Source: Nemertoderma westbladi (taxonomy: Eukaryota > Animalia > Xenacoelomorpha). From it: a stretch of 49,473 nt of DNA. The position numbers and the translations under genes are program-made. This document shows, in pieces, positions 35,450 to 47,158 of this stretch (position 1 is its first letter; every line of letters begins with the position of its first letter). The stretch is from the NCBI GenBank assembly GCA_032718475.1, contig JAUCBJ010007733.1, forward strand, positions 1-49,473, in the 5' to 3' direction. Below the pieces are notes generated by a model. It was not told the DNA's origin. It saw nothing but the letters and a program-made list of their open reading frames with translations, and made no database searches.

Positions 35450-38400
35450 AGTAAACCCAATAAATTTGCTGGAAAAAGTTGCTCCAATGACTTGCACACC
35501 AGAAATAAATGGTAAGATTGTTAAATGCGAACTAGATTCAGGAGCTAGACACTCAGTAATATCTTTTAAGCAATTCCAGGAACTATTCCCATGTGAAAGC
35601 TTAGAAGAAACAGATACAATATTAAAAGGATTTTGTGATGGAATACAGAATGTAAAGGGTATTAGTAAAGTAACAGTTAATATACCCAAATTAGGCATCA
35701 CTGAACATACAGTAGTTTGCCTTTGCTCATAATTGACAAAGCATTACAAGGTCTTCCACTTTTCGGAAAATACTGGATAGACAGGTTAAACTGCGGAGTT
35801 GATTGCCTCCGTGACAATTTTACAGGTACAAGTGATAAAAAAACAATGGTACACATTGGAAACAATGTACAATTCAGTGATACAGTGAATAACTTGAAAT
35901 TAGAATTCAAGGATGTCTTTACGGGTCTTGGGAAATTCAAGGGACAGCCTGCAACATTAGCATTGTCAGATGAAGCCAAACCAAGATTCCTAAGTTGCCG
36001 TCAAATAGCATTTGGGTACAAAGACGAAGTCATTCAGATTCTGGAAAACGACCTGAAACGTGGTATTCTACGCAAACCTGAACCCAATGAGGAAATAAAA
36101 TGGGCAACCCCATTGGTTGTTTCATTGCGAAACAATAAAATTCGTGTGTGTGGTGATTACAAATCCACAATAAATCCATTTCTCATTGAAGATACTTTCC
36201 AGTTGTCAACCTTAGATGAAATCACAAACAAAATTTCTGGAGGACAGGAATTTACGATCCTTGACTTGAAGGAAGCATACCACCAGTTCCCATTAGTTAA
36301 AGAAGCTGAGCTAATTACTACGCTAAACACACCATTAGGACTACTAATTCCGACTAGAGTTCCATATGGAGTAAAAAGTTCAGGAACTAAATGTCTCAGG
36401 GGAATATACGAAGCCTTGCATAACACTAAAAGCGCCACGTACATGGATGAATGTGTTATTACTGGGAAGAACAAAGCAGAGCATATTGAAAACCTCAAGT
36501 CTGTTTTATCTGCCCTTCGCCACTTTGGGTTGACATTGCGTATGGAGAAATGTAAGTTTTTTCAAAATACAGTCGAGTTCTGCGGACATCTAATTTCTAA
36601 AGATGGTATTCGCCCAGACCCCAAAAAGATAGATACAATTGCTGCTCTTCAACCACCGGAGAACGTCAAAGAACTCCAATCAGTACTTGGATTATTCAAC
36701 TACTTGCATAAATTTGTCCCATCATTTGCTGAGATAGCACAACCAATGTACAGTCTACTTTCAAAGGATGCAGAATTCATATGGAACGATACAACAAACC
36801 AAGCATTCAACAGAATCAAAGCTGAAATAGCAAAGTCAACACTACTGACATTTTTTGATACAAAAAAGGAAACCACGATAATCACTGACGCATCACCGAC
36901 CGCCGTGTCTGCTGTACTACTCCAAAAACAGGATGACAACTGTTTAACCCCAGTGTCTTTCACATCTGCATCGCTAAATAAATTTCAGCGTAATTACTCT
37001 CAAATCGACCGGGAAGCCCTCGGAATTATATTTGCTGTTCGGAAATTCTGGGAAGACATTTTATTTTAATAACTGACAACTTACCATTGAAACATATCCT
37101 AGCACCTTCTGCGAAATTACCATCAATGGCACTATCCAGACTACAGCACTGGTCTGTTGAAATGTCAAATTACAATTTCACACCAAAATTCATTAAATCA
37201 GAAGACAACCCTGTTGACTGTTTCACAAGGCTTTCTAAGCCAAAAGAAGAGATCGATGGTACGGTTGATATTAAGATTACAGACATACATATGGAGCAAG
37301 CTACAGCGGAATTGTTTAAGTTCAACCGCATAGGCATCAAAGATGCTACTGAGAAGGATGTTATTCTTCAAAAGTTAGTTCTCGAACTAGCATCAGGAAA
37401 TACCTCTAACTCACCTGAACTACGTCCGTATAAACACATCCGGAATGAATTAACTGTCCATAATGGGACAATTTTCCGTGGAATGGCTGTACTGATTCCA
37501 GAGCACCTTCAAAATAATGTTCTCGAAATTCTGCATGAAGGGCATATTGGGAAACAAAGGATGACTGGTTTAGCAAAAGATACAGTTTGGTGGTTGAACA
37601 TTGCTAAAGACATCGACTTATACACCAAATCCTGTGAACAATGCCAGCAGTATTCTAAGGAAGTCCATGTTCCTCTGAAACCAATGCCCGAACCAACCGA
37701 GCCTTTCGAGCGAATCCACCTCGATTTCGGCGAATACGAGGGACAAACATTGTTAGGATTAATATGTGCGAAAACTAAATGGTCTCGTGTTGAACTGGTG
37801 ACAAAGAATCCCACTGCAGAGACTGTTATACAATCTTGCCGACAGTTTTTTGCTGATTTTTCTGTTCCAAAAATTGTTACAGCAGACAATGGACCACAGT
37901 TTCGAGCAGCTGAACTATCACGTTTCTGCAAGGAAAATGGAGTTGCTTTATGGCCCTCTGCTCCATATAAACCAAACAGTAACGGCGCTGCTGAGCGATT
38001 AGTGCAATCCTTTAAAACAACTTTTAAGAAACTGTCCAATTCAAAGATACCTCTGAAAGAAAAGATTGCCATATTTCTCTTAGCTGACCACAGCACCATT
38101 AAAGAAAACGGTCAGACTCCAGCTGAAATGGTTTTTGGAGGTCGAAACATTAAAACACGTTTACATCGCCTACTGAAATTCCCTGAAGATCCAAAGATAA
38201 TCACTACCAGTGGAAACTATATCAAAGGGGAAGCGATCTGGGTACGAAACTTTTCTCGTCGTAAACCTACTGAAAAATGGTTACCCGCGATATATCAAGG
38301 ACTTTTTGGTTCAAGAGTCGCTACAGTGGAAATATGTGGAACCATATTCAGACGCCATCTTGATCACCTGAGGAAACGATTCAGCCCTTTTGTAGGCCAA

Positions 38401-38706
38401 GGGGGAGAGAGTAACAAAGACATTTTTCAGCCAAAACGAGTTGATAACAAAAATGGAGGTACCAAGACAATTGAAACCTCGGCTGATGTGAACATGGGAG
38501 CAAGAGAGGTTACGGCGGAAAACCACTTGGGTGCAAGAGACGATACAGTGGAAACCCAAGAACGAGGACAAATGAGACATACTGTCGAACCTAGTTCGGA
38601 GTCGAGGTCGGATCAAACTCAAAGTGTCGCTGGAACACGATACCCAAAACGGATCCGCAAGAAAACTGATTACTATGGTTTTGACTCGAAAACTAATATG
38701 GACTAA
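35450..38706 (+). pseudogene. Gypsy pol (protease, RT, RNase H, integrase) with two frameshifts
   Basis: LDSGA; WATP, RVCGDY, LDL..AY.Q, YMDE; TDAS, YSQIDRE.LG; LHEGH..C..C, RIHLDF, DNGPQF, SNG.AER.V. Frame changes near 35715 and 37050. Confidence 0.94.
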
Positions 38707-38790
38707 AATGAGGATTAAGACCATATAACGTAGACCATATAATAAACATATATTTGTTCTTTTGAACTGAATATTTCCCAGGGGGAGTAT

Positions 38791-38941
38791 TGTTAGGATC
38801 TACTATTAACAGGTAAAGCCATGCTACACAGAATATAGGCCATGCCAGTTTATGTAGGCCTGTTACCGTATACTAAGCGTGTTGGAAGTAACTCATAACT
38901 GATTAGTTTTACATTGCTACATCGGACAGGGATATCCAACA
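38791..38941 (+). repeat. Gypsy 3' LTR
   Basis: Follows the PPT; identical by eye to the 5' LTR. Confidence 0.97.
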
Positions 38942-39131
38942 ACGATGAGACTGGAACTTATTTCCCATATTGTATTACATTTTCGAGAGTTTTTCGGGAT
39001 AAGAACTATCCGTATCCGCGATTTACAGTACATTCAATACGTCGCTGAATAAATATAGTTTACAGAAATTGCGACCACAAAAAATAATTAGCAATTTATA
39101 TCGAAAATAAATGTCATATAAATTAGAATAT

Positions 39132-39489
39132 CTAAAGAACTCTACATTTTCTCTCATTCTCTCGCCGTTTTTGAGGGAAGAGCACGGCTCTGATGGACTC
39201 GTCAAACACTTGCTTCACACCTTTTTGCGATAATGCCGAACATTCTAAATACTTTGTAGCTTTGATATCCTTAGCCATCGCCAATCCCTGTGGATAAGAT
39301 ATTGGAGACTGTTTCTTGTCCTGAAGCTTTTCAATCATTTCTTTATCGTCTCTCAGATCCAACTTGGTCCCGACTAGAACGATAGGTGTTACTGGACAGT
39401 GGTGGGACACTTCGGGGTACCACTTGGCGCGGACATTCTCGTAAGATGCGGGACTAATCAAAGAAAAACAGATGAGGAAGACATCAGTC
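39132..39489 (-). pseudogene. rac: 5'-truncated Rac-family GTPase (copy 2), residues ~75-192
   Basis: [41 protein letters not shown]. Homology to the other copies stops at 39489. Confidence 0.9.
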
Positions 39490-39700
39490 CGGAAAATAAC
39501 ACAGGGCGTACGAGATAAAGAGAAATTACTGACCAATAGCGGGTGATTTCATCATCAGAGCAGCTGTTTTTGTTTGGAGTTGCTGACCAGAGCTCTATAC
39601 CAAAATAAACGCTAGAGGGCATAAGTTTTTAAATTCTACAATTGCCCGCATAATGCTGGCCTTTTAGAGTATATCGCGAATTGCACAAAAATGACAAAAC
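39490..39700 (+). repeat. Diverged dispersed repeat related to 17560-17735 and 45760-45935
   Basis: Shared blocks such as ACCAAAAT..ACGCTAGAGGGC, TTTTAGAGTA and TGCACAAAAA. Confidence 0.65.
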
Positions 39701-40304
39701 GATGAAGGACTACAGTATGTCCAAGTATTTGGGTATTTGGGTTGTATTGTATTAACTAAAATATTAATCCCCACCTCCTCCGCCTGTTCCATTTTAATAC
39801 CCAACTAATCACTTCCAAAGATACTTAACCAAGTTATGTCAAATTATTTACATTTAAAGAAGTACAGTTTTACTGGCAGATAGGATGGGGTCTCTTGTCT
39901 CTTGACGAATACAAATTCAACCACCTGCAGGGACACCTGTATCTATCTATTAAGGACGGGGTATGATGATTTTTAGAGAAAACAATTGTAATATTTTCAA
40001 ATATAGGTCAGAGTTAATTCAACAGTCTAGACAATAATTTTTTAACAACATTACAGTCGGTAATCAAAATCAAATAATTTACCGCTCAGACACCGATCAT
40101 ATACCGCGGGGTGGTTCAAACTCAGCGGTGTACCGCTGGCTCTGCGGTACCGCGCCGTGTACCGTTCCGTTTCGATGTGAACGGGCCTTGCTTGCCTTAA
40201 GGCTCATGGAAAATTTCATAACAATCGCCAGGCAGGAAGTAAAGCTACAGTAGATGATCTCTATAAATTCTGTATATCCCTTAACTGAGTACATGGGTAT
40301 TTTG

Positions 40305-41600
40305 GGGTGTAAACGTTAAGCAGACACTGGTGCAGACAGTGGTGCAGACAGTGGTGCAGACAGTGGTGCAGACAGTGGTGCAGACCCCTGGTGCAGACAG
40401 TGGTGCAGACAGTGGTGAAGACAGTGGTGCAGACAGTGGTGCAGACACTGGTGCAGACACTGGTGCAGACACTGGTGCAGATACTGGTGCAGACAGTGGT
40501 GCAGACACTGGTGCAGACACTGGTGCAGACAGTGGTGCAGAGAGTAAAGGAGCAGGTTAGTAATGGAGCAGGTTTCAGAGTAGTATTGGGGGAACCAAAA
40601 CAATAAACGTTATTGTTTTTCGGGGTAGAATACTCGCGGGCTAAGAATACTCGCGGGCTACGAATTCCTGAGACCTTACTGTAGTTAGTGAATGTATATC
40701 CCCAGCATGAGACAATAACTTAATTAGCTCGTTTTATTATAATAAGCAGTGGCTCCAGTAAAGGTAAACAAATTAAACATACTCTGTATAAAGTACGTCA
40801 TGTATAAACAATCAAACAGTGTTGCTTAAGCCTCATTCCTTGGAGACGTTGCTGCTTACAATTTATAGACATTATTGTTTATATATATGAAAACGGGAAT
40901 ACCGATTAATTACTTTCGTACACACCACTTGTAATTATTTATAATCAGGGCACATTCACCCCCACGCACCCCGACTTGAACAGTACTACATACTTAATCC
41001 CTACTTCATGTAGAACCAGTCAGTAGTTACTCGCATATTTGTAGATAATAAAGTCTATGATAAAATATAATATAATAGTGCCTGCTGGTATTGTGTTTTG
41101 TGGTACTCTTGTATTTCAGTATTTTCACCAGGTGTCTGCACCACTGTCTGCACCACTGTCTGCACCAGTGTCTGCACCACTGTCTGCACCAGTGTCTGCA
41201 CTACTGTCCTGCACCAATGTCTGCACCACTGTCTGCACCGTGTCTGCACCACTGTCTGCACCACTGTCTGCACCAGTGTCTGCACCACTGTCTGCACCAG
41301 TGTCTGCACCAGTGTCTGCACCAGGTGTCTGCACCACTGTCTGCACCACTGTCTGCACCAGTGTCTGCACCACTGTCTGGACCACTGTCTGCACCAGTGT
41401 CTGCACCACTGTCTGCACCACTGTCTGCACCACTGTCTGCACCACTGTCTGCACCACTGTCTGCACCACTGTCTGCACCACTGTCTGCACCACTGTCTGC
41501 ACTACTGTCTGCACCACTGTCTGTACCACTGTCTGCACCAGTGTCTGCACCACAGTCTGCACCAGGTGTCTGCACCACTGTCTACTTAACGTTTACACCC
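40305..41600. mobile_element. Foldback-type non-autonomous DNA transposon with minisatellite arms
   Basis: Terminal inverted repeat GGGTGTAAACGTTAAG / CTTAACGTTTACACCC, 9-bp TSD GGTATTTTG (40296-40304, 41601-41609), inverted arrays of a 12-bp unit GTGCAGACAGTG (40321-40540 and 41125-41584). Confidence 0.92.
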
Positions 41601-42630
41601 GGTATTTTGTTATACATAGTGTCACCTGCAAAGTCAAATAAATCAATTATAATAAGTAATATAACAATACTTATGCCGTACTACCACTTCGGTGAGGTGG
41701 TAAGTACGAAATTAAATTATACTGTAAGTGTATCCAACCCACGTATAAACAACCACAATCAATCATGGTTGCTAATTACCTCTAAATTTTTTTCATTCAT
41801 TCATTTGCACGGCTTACGCCCCGGCAGGCTATAATTATTAATAAAACCACGAAAGTAAAAATAAATCAAATCATTACAAACAATTAATAAAAGATGTAAA
41901 AAGTAGCCAAGGGGTTGTCATATTTGCTGATGAGTTCGTGTGTGGTGGTTACCATGGTGATAGTTAGCTCTGTGTGTACCTAGTCATGAGTTTATTATTG
42001 TGTGGTTGATTTTTCGATGCCATAATATAATTACCGTCAATATACAGGTCATTTGTAGACATAATAACTTAGCGATTTCTGGCATTGCGTTTAGAACTAC
42101 TGACGCTCTGATTAGAACAACTGACGTTTGCTTTATAACTAAAGTACCTTTTCATTTAGAACTAAAGTCCATTGGAAAAGTACTTTAGAACTAATGACGG
42201 GATACCTTCCTCACCACCTGACAACTCATGCTAGCGGATAAATCCTGGTAATACAGTGTAGCACTAATACCAATATCATTAATATCAATATTGTAAAGAA
42301 GTAGAGATACAGGTCAACAACCAATCAGCACATATTATCTTATTATAAATTACTTTTGAGTCGAAAATGGCGTGAAATTATGATATATATAATTAATTAA
42401 TTAAAAAATGGTAAAGTGTACTGTACTCCATATGAGACTCAGATTCGATCGGAAATTTTCATATCGTGTTTTAGATCACTATTCAAGATTTATGGAACAT
42501 TATGTAATTTATGTAGGTCGTTGATTAAATACTGTATAAATACTTTGGTGAAATTGCGATAACATCAAATAATTAGTATACAGTAACAGTAATTTTATCT
42601 CGAAAATATTTGTCATACAGAATAGAGTAT

Positions 42631-43215
42631 TTAAAGAACTCTACATTTTCTGCCATTAAAACGCCGTTTTTTAGGGTAGAGCACAGCTCTGATAGCCTCG
42701 TCAAACACTTGCTCCACACCTCTTGGCGTTAACGCCGAACATTCTAAATACTTTGTAGCTTTGATATCTTTAGCCATCGCCAATCCCTGTGAATAAGATA
42801 TTGGAGACTCTTTCTTGTCCAGAAACTTTTCAATCGTTTCTTTATCGTCTCTCAGATCTAACTTGGTCCCGACTAGAACGATAGGTGTTACTGGACAGTG
42901 GTGGGACACTTCGGGGTACCACTTGTCGCGGACATTCTCGTAAGATTTGGGACTAATCAAAGAAAAACAGATGAGGAAAACATCAGTCTGGGGGTAGGAG
43001 AGCGGTCGTAATCGGTCGTAATCCTCTTGTCCCGCCGTGTCCCACAATCCAAACATGATTGGTCTACCGTCAACCATTACATTAGCTGAGAAGTCGTCAC
43101 ACGTATTCGGAATATATCTAAATTCAACTGGAAAAGCATTCGTTGTGTATCTAATTATAAGGCATGATTTACCAACCGCTGGGTCGCCAACTACCACACA
43201 TTTAATTGCTTGCAT
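42631..43215 (-). CDS. rac: Intronless Rac-family small GTPase (copy 3), 194 aa, atypical P-loop and switch I
   Basis: [11 protein letters not shown].., [35 protein letters not shown], polybasic tail and CAAX (CRVL). Intact ORF. Confidence 0.93.
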   Translation of the reverse strand: MQAIKCVVVGDPAVGKSCLIIRYTTNAFPVEFRYIPNTCDDFSANVMVDGRPIMFGLWDTAGQEDYDRLRPLSYPQTDVFLICFSLISPKSYENVRDKWYPEVSHHCPVTPIVLVGTKLDLRDDKETIEKFLDKKESPISYSQGLAMAKDIKATKYLECSALTPRGVEQVFDEAIRAVLYPKKRRFNGRKCRVL

Positions 43216-43371
43216 TTTTTTGTAAATGATATATTTCTAAATGAGTAAATGAGATAAATTAATGAGATATTTATTAGAGTAAATTATACGTTAAGTAATC
43301 AAATTTACAGTATATATTCCTACTGTAGTTAAAAATCTGCAGTTGTACAGCAACTTGGGGGTGGGGTTTAA

Positions 43372-44300
43372 CCCTATTAGTACCGGGCTATAAAATGCTG
43401 TACAAATACCGGGGGGGGGGGGGGGGGGGGTCATAATGACCCATCCCTCTAAAATCTACAAATACTGTATTAACGAAAACGTCTGATTTTTTGTTTGTAC
43501 GTTGGTATCACTAGTCTGGATCCGACCGAAAAAAAACATTTTCGAAAAAATGTACTGGGGTGGTAATATTGCAGCACCAAAATTACAAGTAGTGCACAAT
43601 TTTCACAAAATTTGAAAGTTACATTTTTCGGCTAATTGTTTTTCAATACAGGTTTTCTGGGGCGCAAAATACATTGGAAAACATTTAAAAATGATATGAT
43701 TACCATAAATGGCTGTTTAGTCCTCTATGCGTAGGAAAAAAATGAAAAAAACAAGTAACCAGCACTTTTCAGTTAGAACACAAAATTTTTAATTCACTTA
43801 TACGATGCTATAAATTCACATTTTTAGGTTTTCTAGGGCGCTGATTCTAATGGAATACATTTCTGATATGCCAGATCATTGCTACTTGTATTTTTCGGCG
43901 TAATTTGGCAAATTTTGGTGCTTGCACCAAATTTCGTACCCATCACCAAAAAGTACAAGTTTGCGATGTCCAGTGCTGTTTTTATTGTTTCCATCGGATT
44001 CAGGACCCTCATAAACCCGTATAACGCAAGAAACAAGATGATACTATCTACTGATCAATTTACTCATTTTCCAAAATTTGGTGCAAAACAACAATTTTCA
44101 CCCACCGGCGAAAAATACAAGTTTGAAAACTCTTATGAAATTTTTACTGATTCCATTGAATTCAGAACCCTAACAAACCCGTATAACGCAAGAAACAAGA
44201 TGACGCAATCAATTGATATATTTGATGGTTTTCAAAATTTGGTGCTAGCACCAAATTTTGCACCCACTTCCGAAAAATACAAGTTTGAGATGTCTACAGT
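43372..44300. mobile_element. piggyBac-like left end with internal repeats; right end not found
   Basis: Homology with the other Rac upstream regions breaks at TTAA (43368-43371), followed by CCCT. Palindrome GGGTCATAATGACCC near 43428-43442; ~165-bp imperfect repeats at 43905-44300. Confidence 0.6.
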
Positions 44301-44479
44301 CGGGGTCTCAAAGTGCATCTGTTCTTTGAGATTTTCTCAAAGAACTAAAAGTGTCTCAAATTTCTAAAAGTGGTCCAAGAAAATGACAAAGTGTCCTCAA
44401 AGATTTCAAAGTAGTACTGTCAGTCATTTCATACAGTCCTGCCTGAAGCTGGCTATGGTATGGGGTATATTGACATTGA

Positions 44480-44965
44480 CTATAGGGTAAAATATAAGAA
44501 ATAAAAACCTCTATGAAACAATAAAGATGCCTCCAAAAAATACTGCAGTAATAAATATTTGTTACTGAAAGTAAGAATTAAACTTACTGCAGTAATAAAA
44601 AATTGTCTTTTTCTACAATAATAAAAAATTGTCTTTTTCTACAGTAATAAAAAATTGTCTTTTTCTGCAGTAACAAATAATTTGTTACTGCAGAATAAAT
44701 TTTTATTCAATTATTTATTAATTTATTAATATTGATTATTATTGCAGTAATAAATATTTGTTACTGCAGTAATAAATATTTGTTACTGCAGTAATAAATA
44801 TTTGTTACTGCAGTAATAAATATTTATTACTGCAGTAATAAATATTTGTTACTGCAGTAATTGTTATATGTTACTGCAGTAACTAATATTTAATACAGCA
44901 GTATTTTTTGTAGGTATTTTTATTGTTTCAGAGAGGTTTTATTAATTTATATTTTGACTCTTTAG
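44480..44965. mobile_element. Palindromic MITE-like element with internal ~22-bp repeats
   Basis: About 65 bp imperfect inverted arms (..AAAATATAA..AAAACCTCT.TGAAACAATAAA..AAAAAATACTGC and its reverse complement) around TACTGCAGTAATAAATATTTGT units. TSD not identified. Confidence 0.75.
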
Positions 44966-46579
44966 AGACGCCATAATTGCGGGCTATCGGAATGTGTTGG
45001 TATTTGTGTCATAGACAGTTTGTCTGTTGCCCTATCTATATTAATGTATAGTGCTAAAACTGTACTGTTTAAATTTGTTTAGCCCACGTGAACGCCGAAT
45101 ACCTTTACCACCAATGAATTTCAATGGTCAACCAGCCATTCTTTGCCGCACTGTAAATTGTGTTATACAAAGTAAAGAATAACGATAGAGGCAGGAATAA
45201 AGATAAATGATTCAAGCGCACTAATTCTAATTGGCTGTTCCCATAGATGTTTTAGGCATTGTTGGTGCGTAATGCATATGGTCAGAGCGACCGCCCAGTC
45301 TGCCAAAATCTATTATGTAATCAAATGGTACCACAAGCCAAGCAAAGCATGTGACAGTTCTTTCCGGCTCTGCACCTGTTTGTTTGAAGGTCACCGTCCG
45401 TAGATCCTTACTTGCTAGCTGTGGTTGATAGTTTAAACTGGGTGCCGCTTTGCCAGAAGGCGGTACACATCAATTGAATATGAGGCAAACATTTAAAATA
45501 ATGCTCAAATATAAACGCCAGCGGCAGGGGATATTTTAATATCTCTATTAAGCTAAAACAACACAAGATTGTAGCCGTTCTATCGTACTGGGTGCATAGA
45601 GAGTGTCTAGAGGTAATTGACTGTGCTTGATAATTCTCTGGTCGCTGATGGTTTTGGGCAGAAGTCAGAATGAATGATTTTGTCACACTACGGCATATTC
45701 ATATGTAAACAACGCCCCAAGAATTGGCAAAGTGAAAATTGTGCTGATTGGCCAGGAATTAACATAGAGGCTACGGGACAAAGAAAAAACACTGGCCAAT
45801 GGCTGGTGATTTCGTCACTACAGCTCTGTACCAAAATCAACGCTAGAGGACGAAAGTTTTATACGTTTTCAAATCCCTCGTGATAATGCCAGTTTTAGAG
45901 TAGTTCGCGTACTGCACAAAAACGACACATTTTTGCCGCAAAAACTTTAATACTTTCAATTTATATAAGCAACGTGTGAAATGATTGAGATTAAAAAAAA
46001 AAATCTAATATGTATATATTTAAAATCACCCTCCATATAAAACAATATAAGAAATTATCTGAGCACTGCGTAGTGACGTCAAATAACTAGCAACCAATCA
46101 CAGCCAATTTTCAAAATTGGCTTCCCGCGCTTACTTAAACCTGCAATTTCGACCATTTCCTCGTGTTTTTACAAAAAAACACACCCCACCACCACTTTTA
46201 CTCTCGTTTCTACAACTCTCGCTTCTTTCCTTCTCATGAAGCTGTAAGTCACTACATTTTTATGGACCATTTATTAAAAGTCTTGGAAAAGAATGATGCA
46301 AGCCTTTTTTGGAACCCAAATATTGAATGTCTTCGCAATTAGAGTTATTACAAGACGAGCTCTGGTGATAACATTTCATAGTTCCCAATGGAACAACCTC
46401 CCCCCATCGACCGGAAATTTTCATATCGTGTATTAGATCGCTATGCCTATACAAGATTTATGGAACATTATGTAGGTCGTTGATTAAATACTGAATAAAT
46501 ACATTGTGATAACATAAAATAATAGTTTACAGTAACAGTCATTTTATGTCGAAAATATATGTCATACAGAATAGAGTAT

Positions 46580-47158
46580 TTAAAGAACTCTACACTTTCT
46601 ACCATTGAACCGCCGTTTTTTAGGGAACGGCACAGCTCTGATAGCCTCGTCAAACACTTGCTTCACACCTTTTTGCGTTAACGCTGAACATTCTAAATAC
46701 TTTTTAGCTTTGATACCCTTAGCCATGACCAATCCGTGTCGATAGGATATTGGAGACTGTTTCTTGTCCTGAAGCTTTTCAATCGTTTCTTTATCATCTC
46801 TCAGATCCAATTGGGTCCCGATTAGAATGATAGGTGTTTCTGGACAATGGTGGTACACCTCGGGGTACCACTTGGTGCGGACATTCTCGTAAGACGCGGG
46901 ACTAATCAAGGAAAAACAGATGAGGAAAACATCAGTCTGGGGGTAGGCGAGGGGTCGTAATCGGTCGTAATCCTCTTGCCCTTCCGTATCCAATAATCCA
47001 AACATGATTGGTCTACCGTCAACCATTACATTACCTGAGAAGTCGTTACACGTAGTCGGAATATATTTAACTGGAAAAGCATTCGTTATGTAACTAATTA
47101 CAAGGCATGTTTTACCAACCGCTCCGTCGCCAACTACCACACATTTAATTGCTTGCAT
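46580..47158 (-). CDS. rac: Intronless Rac-family small GTPase (copy 4), 192 aa, atypical switch I, G3 and G4
   Basis: [35 protein letters not shown], polybasic tail and CRVL. Intact ORF of canonical length. Confidence 0.93.
   Translation of the reverse strand: MQAIKCVVVGDGAVGKTCLVISYITNAFPVKYIPTTCNDFSGNVMVDGRPIMFGLLDTEGQEDYDRLRPLAYPQTDVFLICFSLISPASYENVRTKWYPEVYHHCPETPIILIGTQLDLRDDKETIEKLQDKKQSPISYRHGLVMAKGIKAKKYLECSALTQKGVKQVFDEAIRAVPFPKKRRFNGRKCRVL

Larger units (their letters stand above)
32095..38941 (+). mobile_element. Full-length Ty3/Gypsy LTR retrotransposon (Mag-like), inactivated
   Basis: 151-bp LTRs, 5-bp TSD ACGAT (32090-32094, 38942-38946), PBS TGGCGCTGCGA (tRNA-Ser-like) at 32248, PPT AGGGGGAG at 38780-38787, Gag with two CCHC knuckles, PR-RT-RH-IN order. 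The empty site is present at 49445-49449. Confidence 0.97.

Noticed and set aside
33740-35701. 653-aa ORF as a complete LINE protein with its own N-terminus
   Set aside because: Residues upstream of 35437 are the antisense strand of the Gypsy protease beyond the TSD. The ORF is a chance read-through chimera.
39489-39536. Rac copy 2 as the last exon of an intron-containing gene, or as an ORF with a novel N-terminus
   Set aside because: The break is near a known Rac intron position, but there is no AG acceptor at the junction. No 5' Rac exon lies before copy 3, and the adjacent DNA is a dispersed repeat.
40100-40190. Harbinger-like MITE end (..TGTGAACGGGCC)
   Set aside because: Only one possible terminus, with no partner and no TSD; too weak to call.
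40281-41834. Many repetitive ORFs (SAPL, CLHH, VQT, GADS) or a CRISPR-like array
   Set aside because: These are translations of a 12-bp minisatellite with no unique spacers, explained by the Foldback element.
42080-42210. TTAGAACTA-repeat element end
   Set aside because: The repeats are visible, but boundaries, opposite end and TSD could not be established.
18388-47158. Calling the Rac copies processed retrogenes
   Set aside because: They are intronless, but there is no poly(A) remnant or TSD, and the copies share flanks, showing DNA-level duplication. Some animals have natively intronless Rac coding regions.
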